DNA of 64,000 nt from Tubiluchus corallicola. Taxonomy: Eukaryota > Animalia > Priapulida. Shown piece after piece: positions 50,801 through 64,000 of the stretch. Below the pieces are notes generated by a model. It saw nothing but the letters and a program-made list of their open reading frames with translations, had not been told where the DNA came from and did not search any database. The stretch's first letter is position 1. Each line of letters starts with the position of its first letter. The stretch covers positions 186,001 through 250,000 of the forward strand of contig JAQGDQ010000136.1 of the NCBI GenBank assembly GCA_030141605.1. The letters run 5' to 3'. A program made the position numbers and the translations under genes.

Positions 50801-51843
50801 CAGTGGTGACAGCAGTATTGACATTGACTGCGGTGGTGTAGGTGGTGCTGAGGATGGTGATAATGATAATGCTAAGCTCTCCATTGATGGTAGGCCTAAA
50901 GCAAGTTAGCAAGGATCTGATGTTGAAGTCGTTTAAAAACCTCGTTGCTGGTCGACCAAGTTTTTATTATCTCGACGTTCATCATAATGGTTTTTCAACT
51001 TGTTATCACCAATTTTGATAGTTATAAGTTTCCCACCTTAAAGAATACTCAACTGCCGTAACTATAGCACTTTTCTTAAAGTATTCTAACTCTTAATCCT
51101 TTGCTACATTCTTTAATCCATACGTAAGTATCTTAGTATTATTTTCGAGAGACGTCATGCGGTGGGCTGAGTTTTTTCCGTTACGTAATTAAGATACTGA
51201 ATTCTAAAATGTGAAATTCCAGTAGGAGCTTGCGGTTTTCATAAGATCCTCCGTAAGATAGAAAAACCCAAGGATGCACATACTGAGCCCATAAGCTTTC
51301 TGGCAAACATAAATCGAAAAGCGATCTGGCTCCGAAACCTTAAAATTTGTTTGCACTTCGTTGCTGTATGAGTATCCATTACAGACAAATGTATCAATCC
51401 TAGGGTACATTCACGGCCCAGTTTGTGCTTGTATTTATTTAGCTGTGATGAGACGAATAGGTGGTTTAATTGGCCCCGAGATTGGTCAATGAAAGGCAAC
51501 AAGGTGAACAAATTTAAGCATCTTTGCAAAGCAAGCAGATAGAAAATATCAGTAAAAAATTCCTGCTGAAAAAATGTCGCAAATTATTTAGTGTTTAGTG
51601 TTAATCCAAGCTAGTATTAAGATGAAGACCGTATTCTACATTTTCCTTTGTCTCCTAGAGTTGTTTTTGTTGCTTTTTCTCTCGCCACCATTACCGTTTT
51701 TACTTCCTCGTCCACGTATTGCTGCTGCCGTCCTAGTTTTCTCACAATTTTTTCCATTCTTGGACTTCTTCCGTTTTTGCGTTTTTGTTGTTATTTTCTT
51801 ATTCATTTGCCATTTGCCTTTCACTTTCTCCGCCTTCAACCTC

Positions 51844-51847
<4 letters not shown>

Positions 51848-51914
<67 letters not shown>

Positions 51915-51962
51915 CCTCTCCCGCTCTCTCTCTCTTTCTCTCTCCCTCTCTTTCTGTCTCTC
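51848..51962. repeat. (CT)n microsatellite
   Basis: Seen directly. Confidence 0.95.
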
Positions 51963-53422
51963 CTATCGCACTCTTTTCCAATTCTAAACATCGTTTCTTA
52001 AATTTTTTGTGGAAAAAGTTGTAAGTATAAAAACCCAACGAAAAATAATTGAAACGCCAAGTTTAACCATTTTGATTTTGTATTAATCAATCTTTGTTTA
52101 TAAAGACAGTAAAATTTCGAAAGACTGATTTCTGGATAAGGCACCCGCAATGCAGTAGCTTCGCTGATAATGCGCACTTAGCAGCCCTTATACACGCGAA
52201 TTCCTTACATAACAAATCATCAGTCGTCTATCATATTAGCAGACAGATGTGCCTATCCCTGGGGTATCAACACTACGTACATTACGGCTCAGGGAAATAG
52301 CAATTAATAACCGCTCACAAATTGATAAATTATTGTGCCGCCTTTGAAGGTTGGTCACTTTATGCACAGTATTAAATGCGCCTGGCTTAATTATGCGAAC
52401 AAGAAAACTGAAATAAGTAATTAATTAAGATCTGAATAATGAGAAGTGAAACGAAGTTGATTTTTATGCGAGTGTGCCAATTTGCCAAAACTGTAAATTT
52501 TAAAAATCGCTTTTTTTAAATTTAGTTCGATAAAACCGCATTTGCAAGTCGAATAAGGTTTTTTAGATTGCTAACTTAATGATTAGTCATAACAATACTC
52601 ACCTTTTGCTAAAAGATTAACTCTAGGTATTGCGCGTATTAAAATGTCCATGCTTATTATGTCCATGTATAAAACTATAGTAACCTCCATAATTACTTTA
52701 CAGTGCATTCAGAGCCGCCTTTTTACCAAAATTTTATTCCATGAAAAAAGTCATCACCATTACATAAAAATTACGAAAGAGTGTCTTGTAATGTGTAGCG
52801 TTAACGAGTTCGCTGCTTGACAATCATAGCACTAATTTAACAAATTCTATGGTCCATACTTAAATGCTTTCAAAAGCAAAATTTTTCATTTTTTGATCCA
52901 TCACTGAACCGCCATTAACTTCCGGTCTGCGTTTTAACGTCGCAGATAAAGTTCCAGGCGAGTTCTTTTTGCAGGCAGAGAAAGCCGCCGCAAGGACGGT
53001 CTATAGATCATCTCGACAGATTAAGAGTTGCGGTTTAACAAATTGCAGACGCCGCTGTGTCTGCTTGGACCGTCATGGGATTCAGTGCACGATTTATTTA
53101 CGCAAAATAACATGGTGCTAACACAGCTTTTAATATTTGCAACCTTGAACCTTCAACTCCAAAAATGAAAACTGGCTTCTTTTTAGTGAAAATAATGGTT
53201 TGTTGGTGTTTTAAAAGTTTCCAGTGTTGCTATACCTTTGGTTGGCAGCTGATCAATAACGGTTTACAACTACGGAAATGATATTGACAAGTCCTGGGCA
53301 TAGAAGTGTCAAACGTTTGGGCTGAGTTTAGGGGCTGTGGGCTGTGTTTAGCTGTCGCAGGGCAGATTTTTTTTATTTCAGAATTCTGCCTATCCAATGC
53401 CTGTAACAGACGTAATGACCGT

Positions 53423-53435
53423 ATGATGTTGATGT

Positions 53436-53482
<47 letters not shown>
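53423..53482. repeat. (GAT)n microsatellite
   Basis: Seen directly. Confidence 0.95.
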
Positions 53483-56193
53483 TTTAAGCGTTATTGTAAT
53501 GATGATTCCCTGTATGATTATTTAATAATAACACAGAGTAATAAAGCCATGTATTAGTTGTCACAGTGTTGGGTAAATTTATTTTCTGGCGAAAACCAGT
53601 CATTTGAATTAGGACTTTGCACATTTTCCTTATGGGGTAAAAGTGTAACACAATTTTTTCTTCGACGAAAGGCGAAAAATAACAACTCAAATGCTAAAAG
53701 TGCAAAGTGGCTACACCTAAACTTTGAAAACACTAGCGTTGTGTAAACTTTGTGACTTCAATGAAAAGCGCAATAAATAATTTACTGAAGATATAATTTC
53801 AGATTTTCTAGAAAGCATTTCCGGGTTCTCCAGGAAAAAAATCAAGCTGAAAAATCCGGGTAAAACATTTTAATATCCAAAATGTTTCAGTAACGCATGG
53901 AAGTGAAGATCACTGCTATAAAGTTAGAAAAGATAAAGTACACGGCGAGAGATTACTGATTAAATGGGACAACCGCTTAGGGGAAAGTAGCGCTCGCAGT
54001 TTAGTGAAGTGTCAAAAAGACACTGCTATAAATTTTCGCATTTGTGTAGAATATGCACTCCACATTAGCTCAACAACATCAAGCATGTGCGTAGAGGCCT
54101 ATCTGACCAATTTAAAAACATTCGCAAATTAGGTTAGTTACTCATGGCGAAGAACTCGCGTATCAAAACAGCTGGCTAAATTTAGAGCCTAAAATTTTTA
54201 AGCAGCATAAATGAAGCAACCGGGAATAGTAGCAATGGCAACAAACCTGCTAGACAGATGTGAAACAAACATTCTACTAGACTGATTGAAAAATTGAAAG
54301 TTTACGGGTTTTTCAGGCTAATGCGTAAACGTCGGGAAACCTTTACGTTGGTTACTCTGTGTTTTCAATTTTGATTAAATTATGACTAGGCTTTCTGCGT
54401 ATAACTTACCTTAGACGACTTTCGTTCTTAGAAGGTTACTTATTGTACTTTACGCAATCTCTGTGTAAATTTTCGGAAAGAGGGTATTCAGTCGCCTTTA
54501 TATCATTTTCTTTTATTAGGCCACTATTTTCGCCTATTGGAACAAACCATTTTTTTCGGCAAGTGTTTGTACACATTTTTTTTAGAATTTTCGGCAGCTG
54601 TAAATCATTGTTATAATTTGTTAAGGTACTAGACCTATGTATCAATTTTATTTAGACTAAAAAGAGATAGTAACGTAAATACTAGGTAAAAGATTTCCAT
54701 TAATGCCAACGTATCAAACTGTGCGAGATTTCCTTTATTGGCTACTAATGTCAATATGCCAACCAGAGATCTGCCTAGTAAGGCTTGTGCCCACAGTGCG
54801 CATATAGTGTAATGTGTGTTTTCAAACCCTTCATGTGTTTCTGCAATCTGTAAAAGAAGGTTTACCGTTTGCATAGTTGGCTTTTTTAGAAGTTAACAAT
54901 GTCTATGAAAAATCACGTCCTAGCGAGGCAGTTATAAACGAGGCAATTCAATTGGCAAGCCGCGTTCATTTGAGGACTCGTGTTCAAGACAAGATTTGGT
55001 TCAAATTTTTAGCCTTTATGATGCAGCTATTTAAATACTTCCTGAAACTATTATGATTAAAACTTGAGGTCAAATTTACGAGGTTTACATCCGGACCACC
55101 ACATATTTATTATCCCACTTTCGTCTCGATCTGTTTCCGGTTTTTATTATCAAATCTCCTGGGATAAGAAACTAACATACCTCAAATATCATAGTAATTA
55201 CGAAGAACATCCCAGCACAAGATGTTTTCCTGTCATCGCAAAAACTATACGCACGCGTTTAGTTAATGTTCGACATCTTAGTTCAATAACTGGCCCCACA
55301 TAGAGAGCTAGCGAAACTATTCTCGTAACATATGGCATGGCCATGGTTCCCCTATCATTAATTTGTGTTGGATATGTAGTGCATGTTTTCCCAATGCCAC
55401 AGCATGAGGCAGAGTTGCTAACCCGAGAAATTGCCTAGTTTCTTACTCAAAGGCAATTTAAGTACACTGGCTCAAAACACGTAAATTACTTCTGACTGTA
55501 TGTTTAAGTGGTATAAAAATAGACTGTTATTTATTAGTATGAAATAATTACATAGACATAGTAAGTCTACATAGATGCTACAACGTGTGTGGCACTACGA
55601 ACAGTTATGTGGATATTTTAATGGTCTTTGTGATAGCTAAAGAGGGTTTCTTTCATAAGGAGTGTCCGCAGGAGCTAATCTTAGAGGCTATTACAATTTT
55701 ATTATAGCTGCATTGCGTGAGTTTAAAAAAAATGAGCATAGTGGCGCTTAGAATTCAAGAGTCATAACGTTTTTAGTAGGTCTCTAATAATATCCCACTA
55801 CAAAAAGTAATTCAGTCGAATTACAAGCAATCCACATACCACTTTATTTCTTTTAGAATGGCCTTTTAATGTTTTTTCAACTGTCGCCTAAGCAGTTTCT
55901 TTTGGGAAAAGGGTGTCGTTTCGTATTTAATTGTAACACATTTACGACAATTCTAAAGATATAAAAACCAGTTCAGCGAGTTCTTCTAGCTAGGAACCAA
56001 ATATAGATCCACAATAACATTAAATTAAATTTGTTATTTCCTTCTAGCCAACTTCAAGTCTCAACCTTTGTATAAAACAGTAAAATAATAAAACAACTTG
56101 CTTTAGAAAAAATAGAATCTATAACAAATAATTCTCGACACACCAGCTGCAAGGAAACGTTTTTGTGTCTTTTGTGATATGTGAAAGCTTAAT

Positions 56194-56368
56194 ACCTGGA
56201 TTCCTCTTTGCTTACCATGATAATTGCTTGCTTTCAATGAAACTTTTTTCACCAGCTTCATGTTAGTTATATTCCTGTATTTGTAGATGCAGGAATGTAA
56301 TATTAAATTGGTGAAAAAGTTTCATTGAAAACAAACAATTATCGTGGTAACTAAAGAGGGACCCAGGT
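56194..56368. repeat. 175-bp near-perfect palindrome (MITE-like foldback)
   Basis: ACCTGG...TTTCAATGAAACTTTTTTCACCA...ATTCCTG(T)AT is mirrored by ATGCAGGAAT...TGGTGAAAAAGTTTCATTGAAA...CCAGGT; arms about 85 bp, loop only a few nt. Confidence 0.88.
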
Positions 56369-57949
56369 GGCATCATTTAGCAGAACCAACCCATCATCAG
56401 CTAAACATGTTTGGCTAGTAGTACTTAATGACACAATGTTGGCTTAACATTAACACTAACCATGTCTATAGTAAGTGTTTTCATAGTACTAGAATAATAT
56501 AATGCTTTAGTGAAAACATACCAGTGATGAGTTTGCTGTGTCTTCTTTGGTGGAATTGATTGTGACTTTTCCCTTTCTAAAAATGGTTATGACGAAATAT
56601 AGACTTTTCAGGAGCTTGAAAGCAGCAAGTTTCGAGATGTCAAAACTCACAAGATGGAATTGTATTCGGTAATTTTAAAGTAATAACACCAACATCGCAT
56701 AATACACCACAAACAGTTCTTCCGGAAAAATTATGATATTACACATATTACAACTTTTAAGATGTGGAGTCTGTCAGTTCGAGCCTTAAGTTCGATAATC
56801 AAGGAGGCATATTTCATAAAAAACTTTTAAAGCCGTCTTTGATCATTTCAGTAATATAATTCATCATTTCATTAACTGATTAGTGTTACTGCCTATGTCT
56901 ATGATGAATAAGTGAACAACAATGTTCCGAATAAATTAATAAATTTAATAATGTCCCAAATGGGACGAAATGTAGCTTTGATTTCTGTTATATTTATGTT
57001 TTATAAATGCTTCAAATTTTTATGCCTATATGATGGGCTTTATTGTACTTGATGTCTTTCTTGAACTGCATGAACGTATTACTAACTATTAAGACATTTT
57101 TTGTCATTACGTTAGATAAGTAATTACGTATCTAAAACTGCACAGAAATCATTTTTTGATTAACAATTTTTGTTAATTTTGTTTATTTGCAAAAAGCTTT
57201 GTTTCATTAATGGTCCTTTTAGTTATAATATTCTAATTGTGTAAATTCTGTTAAATTCTTGCTAGATTTGAGGGATTTTAACGAAACTTATCGACCCCCG
57301 TCTGTTACTTGGCTTCACATTTATTTACTATGGCGTGACGCTCAGCGCTTTAATTTAATCATAATCAGATGGGTGGCATCATTTGCACTCAAAACTGAGC
57401 TCATTCATGAAGACGCTCAGCTGATGTTTTATTGCTTGAATTCCGTATGAGATTCGAAGGTCAAATATTTTTAGCGGTTGAATTGTAAGCAAGAAGGTCA
57501 AAGACACTTTCTTAGGTTGGTTTTGCAGCTAATAATTAGTCTGAATAAGCTGATGAGACATTAATAGTACTACAATAAAAGTATGACACAAAGTTAAAAT
57601 TAGTTAAAACAAAGAGTAAAAATTATGAAAAATTCCTGTGAAGCCAGATTTAAGCCCCATCTTTTCCATATTAAAGAAACTGAAGTGCTTCATGAAGTTC
57701 TAGCAACCTATAACTTAGTGGTACAGTAAAGGCTCTTTTTAGAATCCTAGGCACTTTCGCTAATTTTTTATACTTCAGTTGATTTAAAGAAAGATAAATT
57801 TTAGAAATATGTTTTCAACTACAGAAAAACACGTCAGTATAAAGCCAGCAACAACAGTACGTACCAAACTAGCCAATCTGAAGCAAATTACAGTGACGGG
57901 CCGTAGCTTAGGTACAGTAAATTACAGCGACGTAGCGTAGCCAACCAAC

Positions 57950-58590
57950 AATATTAGATTAAGATTAAGATTGTTGATTTATCTCCTTTAAGTTTTACAG
58001 TACATCATAGACATATTAATAATTTTGACAATTTACAAACTAAGAGATATTTGTTAGCAGCCTACGAGGTGTTAAAAAGAAATCTTAATTGTATGGAGAA
58101 AGGGTGGCGAAAGACCATACGGTCAACTAAGTCAGCCACCCCTATTTACAGGTTTAATACCTTTTGAACATGCCTGGATTAGAGTTCATTTACGACACTA
58201 TTAATTTTAGAGGTTCCTCCAATGAAGTTCATTTTAGCGTATTAAAGAAAAACAATGCAAAAATTATTCATATTACAAGAGACAATTAAGTAAAGCAAAA
58301 ACGAAATTAAATGATATAACATAATGATAATAATATAACATGACATTTGAGAAGCAGCGTGTTGTATATGAGAACGGTAATTGTGAAAGTAAATATTTGC
58401 ATAAAACTCAAATTTGTGCAATATGTACAATGACAAAGCAAAAACAAAAGAAAATCAAAAAGCCTATCAATGAGATAACTCTAAAAATAGAGACTAAATT
58501 AAAAAAATGCAGGATATTTGACAATGATGAATGATAATTCCACTCAATTTACGTGTAGTATTTTCAGTTTGGGCTGTAACATACGGTAAA
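57950..58590 (-). mobile_element. L2/Crack-like LINE 3' fragment inserted in the left satellite arm
   Basis: (AATCTT)n-like tail at 57953-57972; GGGTGGC-GAAAGACC-ATAC-GGTC..GTCA-GCCACCC hairpin at 58102-58141; splits the 34-bp array. Right boundary approximate. Confidence 0.5.
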
Positions 58591-58607
58591 ATATGCTTGG
58601 GCAATAA

Positions 58608-58853
58608 ATTACAGTTTCAGACTGTAGCCCATCTATACCAAATTACAGTGACAGACAGTAGTCCATCTACAGTAGATTACAGTGACAGGCAGTAGTCCAT
58701 CTACAGTAAATTACAGTGACAGGCAGTAGTCCATCTACAGTAAATTATAGTGACAGAAAGTAGTCCATCTACAGAAAATCACAGTGACAGACTGTAGTCC
58801 ATTTACAGTAAATTACAGTGACAGACTATAACCCATCTACAATGAATTACAGT
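58608..58853 (+). repeat. 34-bp minisatellite, about 7 units (ATTACAGTGACAG(A/G)C(A/T)GTAGTCCATCTACAGTAA)
   Basis: Unit starts at 58608, 58642, 58676, 58710, 58744, 58778, 58812, 58846; two further units at 57886-57942. Confidence 0.92.
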
Positions 58854-59869
58854 ATTATAAACCTATCTGCTATGAGAAGTGATTCTAGGAAAAGGGCAAC
58901 ACAACTAATTGAACAAGTAATCTCAGCCTGTATCTACTTCTTAATCTTGCTCATACTGGTATTAGTTTTTTGTACCTTTTACATAGTTGTGCAAGAGCTT
59001 CGTCTGGTCCAGTGTCTGATCCTAGCTGTACAGATTTAATTACAGTAATGCGCAAATTTAATTAAGTTCATTGTGGTTGATTTTGCCCACGCTAGACGTC
59101 ACTCTTAATGCGATTATTAACGCACCAAGGTTAAACGCACAATGAGAAGATTATATTGAGCTAATAGATATTTCTAGTGTACATGCATTGCGGCAATTCT
59201 TTGGCATGAAACGCAGAAACAATGCTTAAAATACTCATTAATAGGCCTAAGTATCTCTGAGATCATTTTCTATTTTGAGTATCGATTGCAAAATACATAA
59301 ATTTGAATGAAATTTCGGCATTTTATCTTTTTGCGGAAAATGAGCCAATATGTATTAAATGAATTAAGTACTTTTATGATTATGAATGTCACTGCTATCA
59401 CTTACCGGGATGATTTTGCATCTCCTTTTAAAAACAATATGATTATAAGTAACGTTATAATTGTGTGTTGTGCTGCCTAGACACAAAACAGCTGCATATC
59501 TTTCGCAAATTAAGCTTTAAACTCTTCCTGATAAATTTTCCATTTTCCATCTAAGAGAAAGTCGCAATTTCTTTCATGCTGACCGTGAGAATTGCTTGAA
59601 AAATGACTAATCTATAATCAAATTGTGGCAAAGTGCTAAAGCATAATCAAATCAGCGGTTAGATTTTTTGCAGTTTCCTTTCCTATGAATAGATGTGTTG
59701 AATGACAACCACATTAGGCTTATATCACAGCGCAGTGATTTCGTCAATATGTCAACTAAAAACTATATCTAATGATTCCTTCCCTTTCTTTTCGTTGATT
59801 AGTTATACCAATGATACAACGCCAGGTTATTTTTGTTTGATTCATCCCGTACGTTCCTCCAGATGCCGT

Positions 59870-60295
59870 TTTGTCTTCTTTGCACCGAAACACTTTTGTT
59901 CTTTTCTGTTTCCTTTTTCTTTACATTGTTCGCCAACTTTGTTTTCTTTTCGTCTCTCTTCCCTTCTTTGCTTTGAGGCGCTTTGCCCAGCTCTGCCCTC
60001 TCCTTCCTTTCCTTTCTCTTCTCTTCCCTTCCCTTCCGTACCCTTCCTTTCTGCTTCCTTTCCTTTGCTTTTCTTCTATTTAAGTTTGCTTTCCTTTTCT
60101 TCCCTTCAACTTTTTTCTCTTTTCTTTTCTTCTCATTTCCTCTTTTCTCCTTCCCATTTCTTACTTTCATGTCCTCTTATTTCTTTACTTTCTTTTTTGC
60201 TTCACTTTTCTTTTTTGCCTCTCCTCACTTTGCTTATCCCTCCTGTTTCCTTTTTTCTCGCTCTTTCTTTCTTTCCTTCTTTCTTTTTCTTTTTA
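59870..60295. repeat. Polypyrimidine low-complexity tract inside the 57.7-61.0 kb foldback element
   Basis: Seen directly; explains ORF 59702..60514. Confidence 0.9.
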
Positions 60296-60522
60296 CACGC
60301 AGTTTGGCACACTACAAGCTGGCACCTAACACTTAATGCAAGTCTGCGATTGGTATTGGTTCTGGCTGGACCGGAATCTATCTTATCAAGGATAATCATC
60401 CAAGATAAGACATTGGATTTTCAGATTTTTCGGATATTGAAATTCATTTGTTCCCTTCATGTCGAATGTGGAAGTCACATCACATACAATTATTATAAAT
60501 TGCACAAACATTGAGCATCAAA

Positions 60523-60830
60523 AGTAATTTACTATAAATGGGCTATGGTCTGTGACTGTAATTTACTGTGGGTAGGCTGCAGTCTATCACTGTAATTTAC
60601 TGTATCTAGGCAATGGCCTGTTAATTTAATTCAATGTAGACAGTCTCCAGTCTGTCACCGTAATTTATTGTAGGTAGACTACCGTTTGTTACTGTAATTT
60701 ACTGTAGACAAGCTGCAGTCTATCACCTTCATTCACTGTAAATAGGCAATGGCCTGTCAGGTTAATTCACTGTTGACAGACTACAGTCTGTCACTGCAGT
60801 TAACTGTAGATAGGCCATGGCCTGTTACTG
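60523..60830 (-). repeat. 34-bp minisatellite, about 9 units, inverted relative to 58608-58853
   Basis: GTAATTT recurs with 34-bp spacing (60524, 60558, 60592, 60660, 60694). Confidence 0.88.
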
Positions 60831-63800
60831 TGCTGCTGGGGGTGGCATTGTTACTGGCTTGACATTGTAGCGTTTTTTCATATTTTTTTTCGAAAACATT
60901 TTTCTAAAATTCGCCTTTCCCAGAAAAAAATCAAAGAGGAAAAAATGGGCGAAATTGGTGAATAACTAAATACTTACAGTACTTACCCAGGTTTACACTG
61001 GTAGGGATCTACAACAAGTACTTGCATTTGAAGCAGTCCCTATAATAAAACACTTGTAAAAAAACTTGTGGTTTTATAAGCCAAGACAGCTGCCGGTGCT
61101 AAAAAATTTAAAATGCGCAATGTGCTGACGGAACTGTATCTATCGTAACATGTCAATACCCTCCCACTAAAACAGCATTATTGCTAGTATAACACCCTAG
61201 CTTCCATCTTCGCTTACAGTTTTTGGCAATTTTTTTAGTAGCTGATCTCGATTTCTTAGATGATACAGGCCTGTGTCTTTGCTATGTTTTAATTGTCTTC
61301 TACGTGCATGTATAATATTTTGTCATCTTCTTCCCATGCAAGCAACCGCTGGCTCTCCTATAAGAAAGAAGGGTTTCAAATGAAGAACTAGCTGAGCTAT
61401 GCAATAGGTTAAGTCTGTGTGGGTGTAAGACCTAAGCTGGATATCAAAGCTAACGACGGAAAATGTTTTGTCATCCATTTTCTCGCGGTGATTTTGTGAA
61501 AGCTCGAAAAATTTGATTTGCTTGATATTACTGAAAATTTAAAATAACTTGTGCCTGTCGCAAGATGGTTTCTCCATAAGCAATTAGCAGTTGCAGACAA
61601 CCAATAACGTCTCTTGTATTTTGTCAGAAGCATAAATTCGTCCAGTATTTTACTTGTCAGATGCCAAGTTGCCAATGTCAATGACATTAACTTAAATTTT
61701 TAAGGCGTTTTCAAACGTAGCGGTATCATATTAAACCACTTTTAACTGTCAGAACGCCAGACGTGCGCACTTAAATATGCATTTACTGGGGTGTTCTAGG
61801 AATATCATGGGCGGAAAATGAAATGAATCTTTGGTGAGATCTTACTAAAGCTGCTGCTTAAACGGTAACTGCCTGTAACCTCATTAAACTGTCAGACGTG
61901 TGACACTTTAAGTTATATTTGTTATAACCGTTCACATTTTAATGATGTTTCTTTCTTCATTTAACAGGTCTAACAGATGACTATGCACTCATTCTCCTAC
62001 ATTTAGGCGAAGTTATATATATATATCAAAGTATAAAAGTATATATATATATATATCATTTTTATTCGTAATCGTAGTAGTACAGTCACATCAAATAAAC
62101 AAACAGAAATATAATGCTTGTTCGTTAGCATGTTAGTGTTAGTATTAGCAATACTTATACTGTAATGTTAGTATTAGAAAAACTAATATAATGCTTATAA
62201 ATAAACAAACAAGATAATAATGCTTGTTAAGTCTTACAATGTCAACATTTGTCATGACATCACTGAGTGTATTAGATTAACGTTAGATTTAAAAGAGTGA
62301 CCTTTCGAAAATTAATTCTTTTCAATTGCACTACACTCAGTTTAAGGTAATAAATAAATGCTGATCTTTACGTGTATAGCAGCGTATTTACTGCCAGCCT
62401 TGCGAATTACGAATCAGATTATAGTAGTACAACCTTAAATCTCAAATGATATTAAATTTTTTTTCAGTCAGGAAACGAGGACTAAGAAGTATTAATAATC
62501 GGTTGCAATTTAACAAATAAATGTTTTCTAAAAAAAGAATAATCAATAACACTCAATATTTATACATTTTATAGTCAAGTATGTTATAAACTTTAAAGTG
62601 TTACATGTGCACATATGGTGTTGTCTATGGCATACACCAGAGATTTTCATGTATGTAATGTTTTATATATCACTTTCTACTTGTTTGCATTGGTATTTTG
62701 TATGTGTTGACCGTGTGCTCTTGTAAATGTGTTTCCACCCAATAAATCATAAATTATTTATCGAGTTTTTAATGGATTCTCAGTTCGATAATTTTTTTAA
62801 TTTTTTGTGTTTTTTAATCTTGATTTTATATAACATTAGGAAATTAACCTAGGTAAAAAAGAAAGTGCTCAGTAAAGAAAGCTTTTGTATATATACTCAT
62901 ATAATAATAACTAATCATCATTAATTACTTGATCTTGACTTTAAGATTATCATTAACTGATAAAACGAACTTAATTAAATTTTTCAGATTTTTTGACAGT
63001 AAATTCTGTCTTTCGTTTGAATAGTTTTTAATCTTGAAAGTGAGGCTATAGACGCATAATCAAGATTTATTCTAGGTTCCAAATTAACAAAGAATTAATC
63101 TAATTGTTGGTAATCTCCTCTTTTTATGAGCTTTGGGAATAGCGAACTGGTTTGTGAGTAGTGAACTATTAGCATTGATTTAAAGTTTGCCTTGATATGT
63201 ATAATTATTATATGATACATGAAGGCTACGCCATTGGGTTGGTAATCGAGTAGCAAGGGGTTCAAAGCCAGATTCACTACGGACTTTCACTCGGTTTTTT
63301 CTTTCGCGGCTTCGAACACTTTATTCTTGAGAGTTCATTTCAAACATACTTGTTTTGAATAATTAAAGGTACCAGTATTTAGCAACGTGAGAATTTCAAA
63401 AGCGGCAACCGGTTTCCACATAAAATATTCAGTAAACAATCGCACGTATCAGCTTTCTACTCTTAACCCGAACGGTTTCTATTTATTTATACGTTCTCTT
63501 ATCTGATTATAAACTTTAGACCCTGATGCCTCGTTAATGCGGTTTTGCACCTCGGGCTTCGCGCTGTGAACTGGTGACTGCTAGTAAATCGTGTGAGAAG
63601 AAAAGTGGAGTGGAAAAAATGTCTGTGACGATAATGACGAGTGAAACTCATGGCAAAGCCGTACACGGAAATACATGATAGGTGATACATGATACAATGT
63701 CAAGTAAGCGCGAACGTCGTACGTAGTGTCATTCATGTTGGGTGATCTTGCGGTACATAGCACGCACAGCGTCTGGCAACTGGCTACGTGGCAGTTTACA

Positions 63801-64000
63801 GTGTTATTTTTTTATAATTGAATCAAAGTCAGGATGGGAAATTAGGTTTAAATTGCGAGTCCACTGACGGTAATGACAGATCAACGCCATAAAGAACGAT
63901 GTTAAGATGATCTCTTTTGAATGCTATGTAAAAATGTGTCTGCCTACGAGGGCATTGAACAGCACTTTTTGTAACAGCTTGGTCTATTTACCTTGTTGTG

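Larger units (their letters stand above)
57720..60981. mobile_element. ~3.2 kb foldback element with inverted arms (unique outer part plus 34-bp satellite)
   Basis: 57750-57860 aligns with the reverse complement of 60845-60960 (TTTCGC..AATTTTAGAAA.ATGTTTTC..AAGCCAG.AACAA); 34-bp units lie on + in the left arm and on - in the right arm. Confidence 0.7.

Noticed and set aside
53382-53411. Candidate second exon of the plus-strand gene (NSAYPMPVTD after TTTTATTTCAG)
   Set aside because: Weak donor and no family motif; similar candidates near 41549, 45159 and 61968 have stops or no donor.
58102-58141. Hairpin containing GAAA and (minus strand) CTGA as a possible hammerhead ribozyme
   Set aside because: The core motifs lie on opposite strands and stem I is missing; better explained as a LINE 3' stem-loop.
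58608-58853. Regularly spaced 34-bp repeats resembling a CRISPR array
   Set aside because: Units are contiguous with no unique spacers, no cas genes are present, and the context is eukaryotic.

Overview
AT-rich animal genomic DNA, probably from a marine invertebrate (inferred from the repeat content); it is not prokaryotic. Nearly all ORFs in the supplied track are spurious. Reading splice sites by hand gives: (1) a minus-strand cadherin gene, 12 in-frame coding exons from ATG 23145 down to 15, 442 codons covering a signal peptide, EC1-EC3 and most of EC4, and running off the left edge. Its EC1 cysteines and EC3 motifs resemble the PCDH15/Cad99C/CDHR5 group. (2) A divergently oriented plus-strand gene whose first coding exon (38399-38656) encodes a type II membrane protein start (short tail, TM helix, coiled coil), most like MACIT collagens (XIII/XXIII/XXV); no further exon was found in the remaining 25 kb. 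The cadherin introns hold a decayed BEL/Pao retrotransposon, several non-autonomous Helitron/Helentron-type elements and LINE fragments. The right part holds foldback elements with inverted satellite arms, MITEs and long microsatellites. CpG content switches sharply from depleted to normal at about 25.4 kb. I found no clearly new biological system; the best leads are the foldback/satellite elements, the rolling-circle termini, the CpG boundary and the two genes. All calls are by eye, with no database search.
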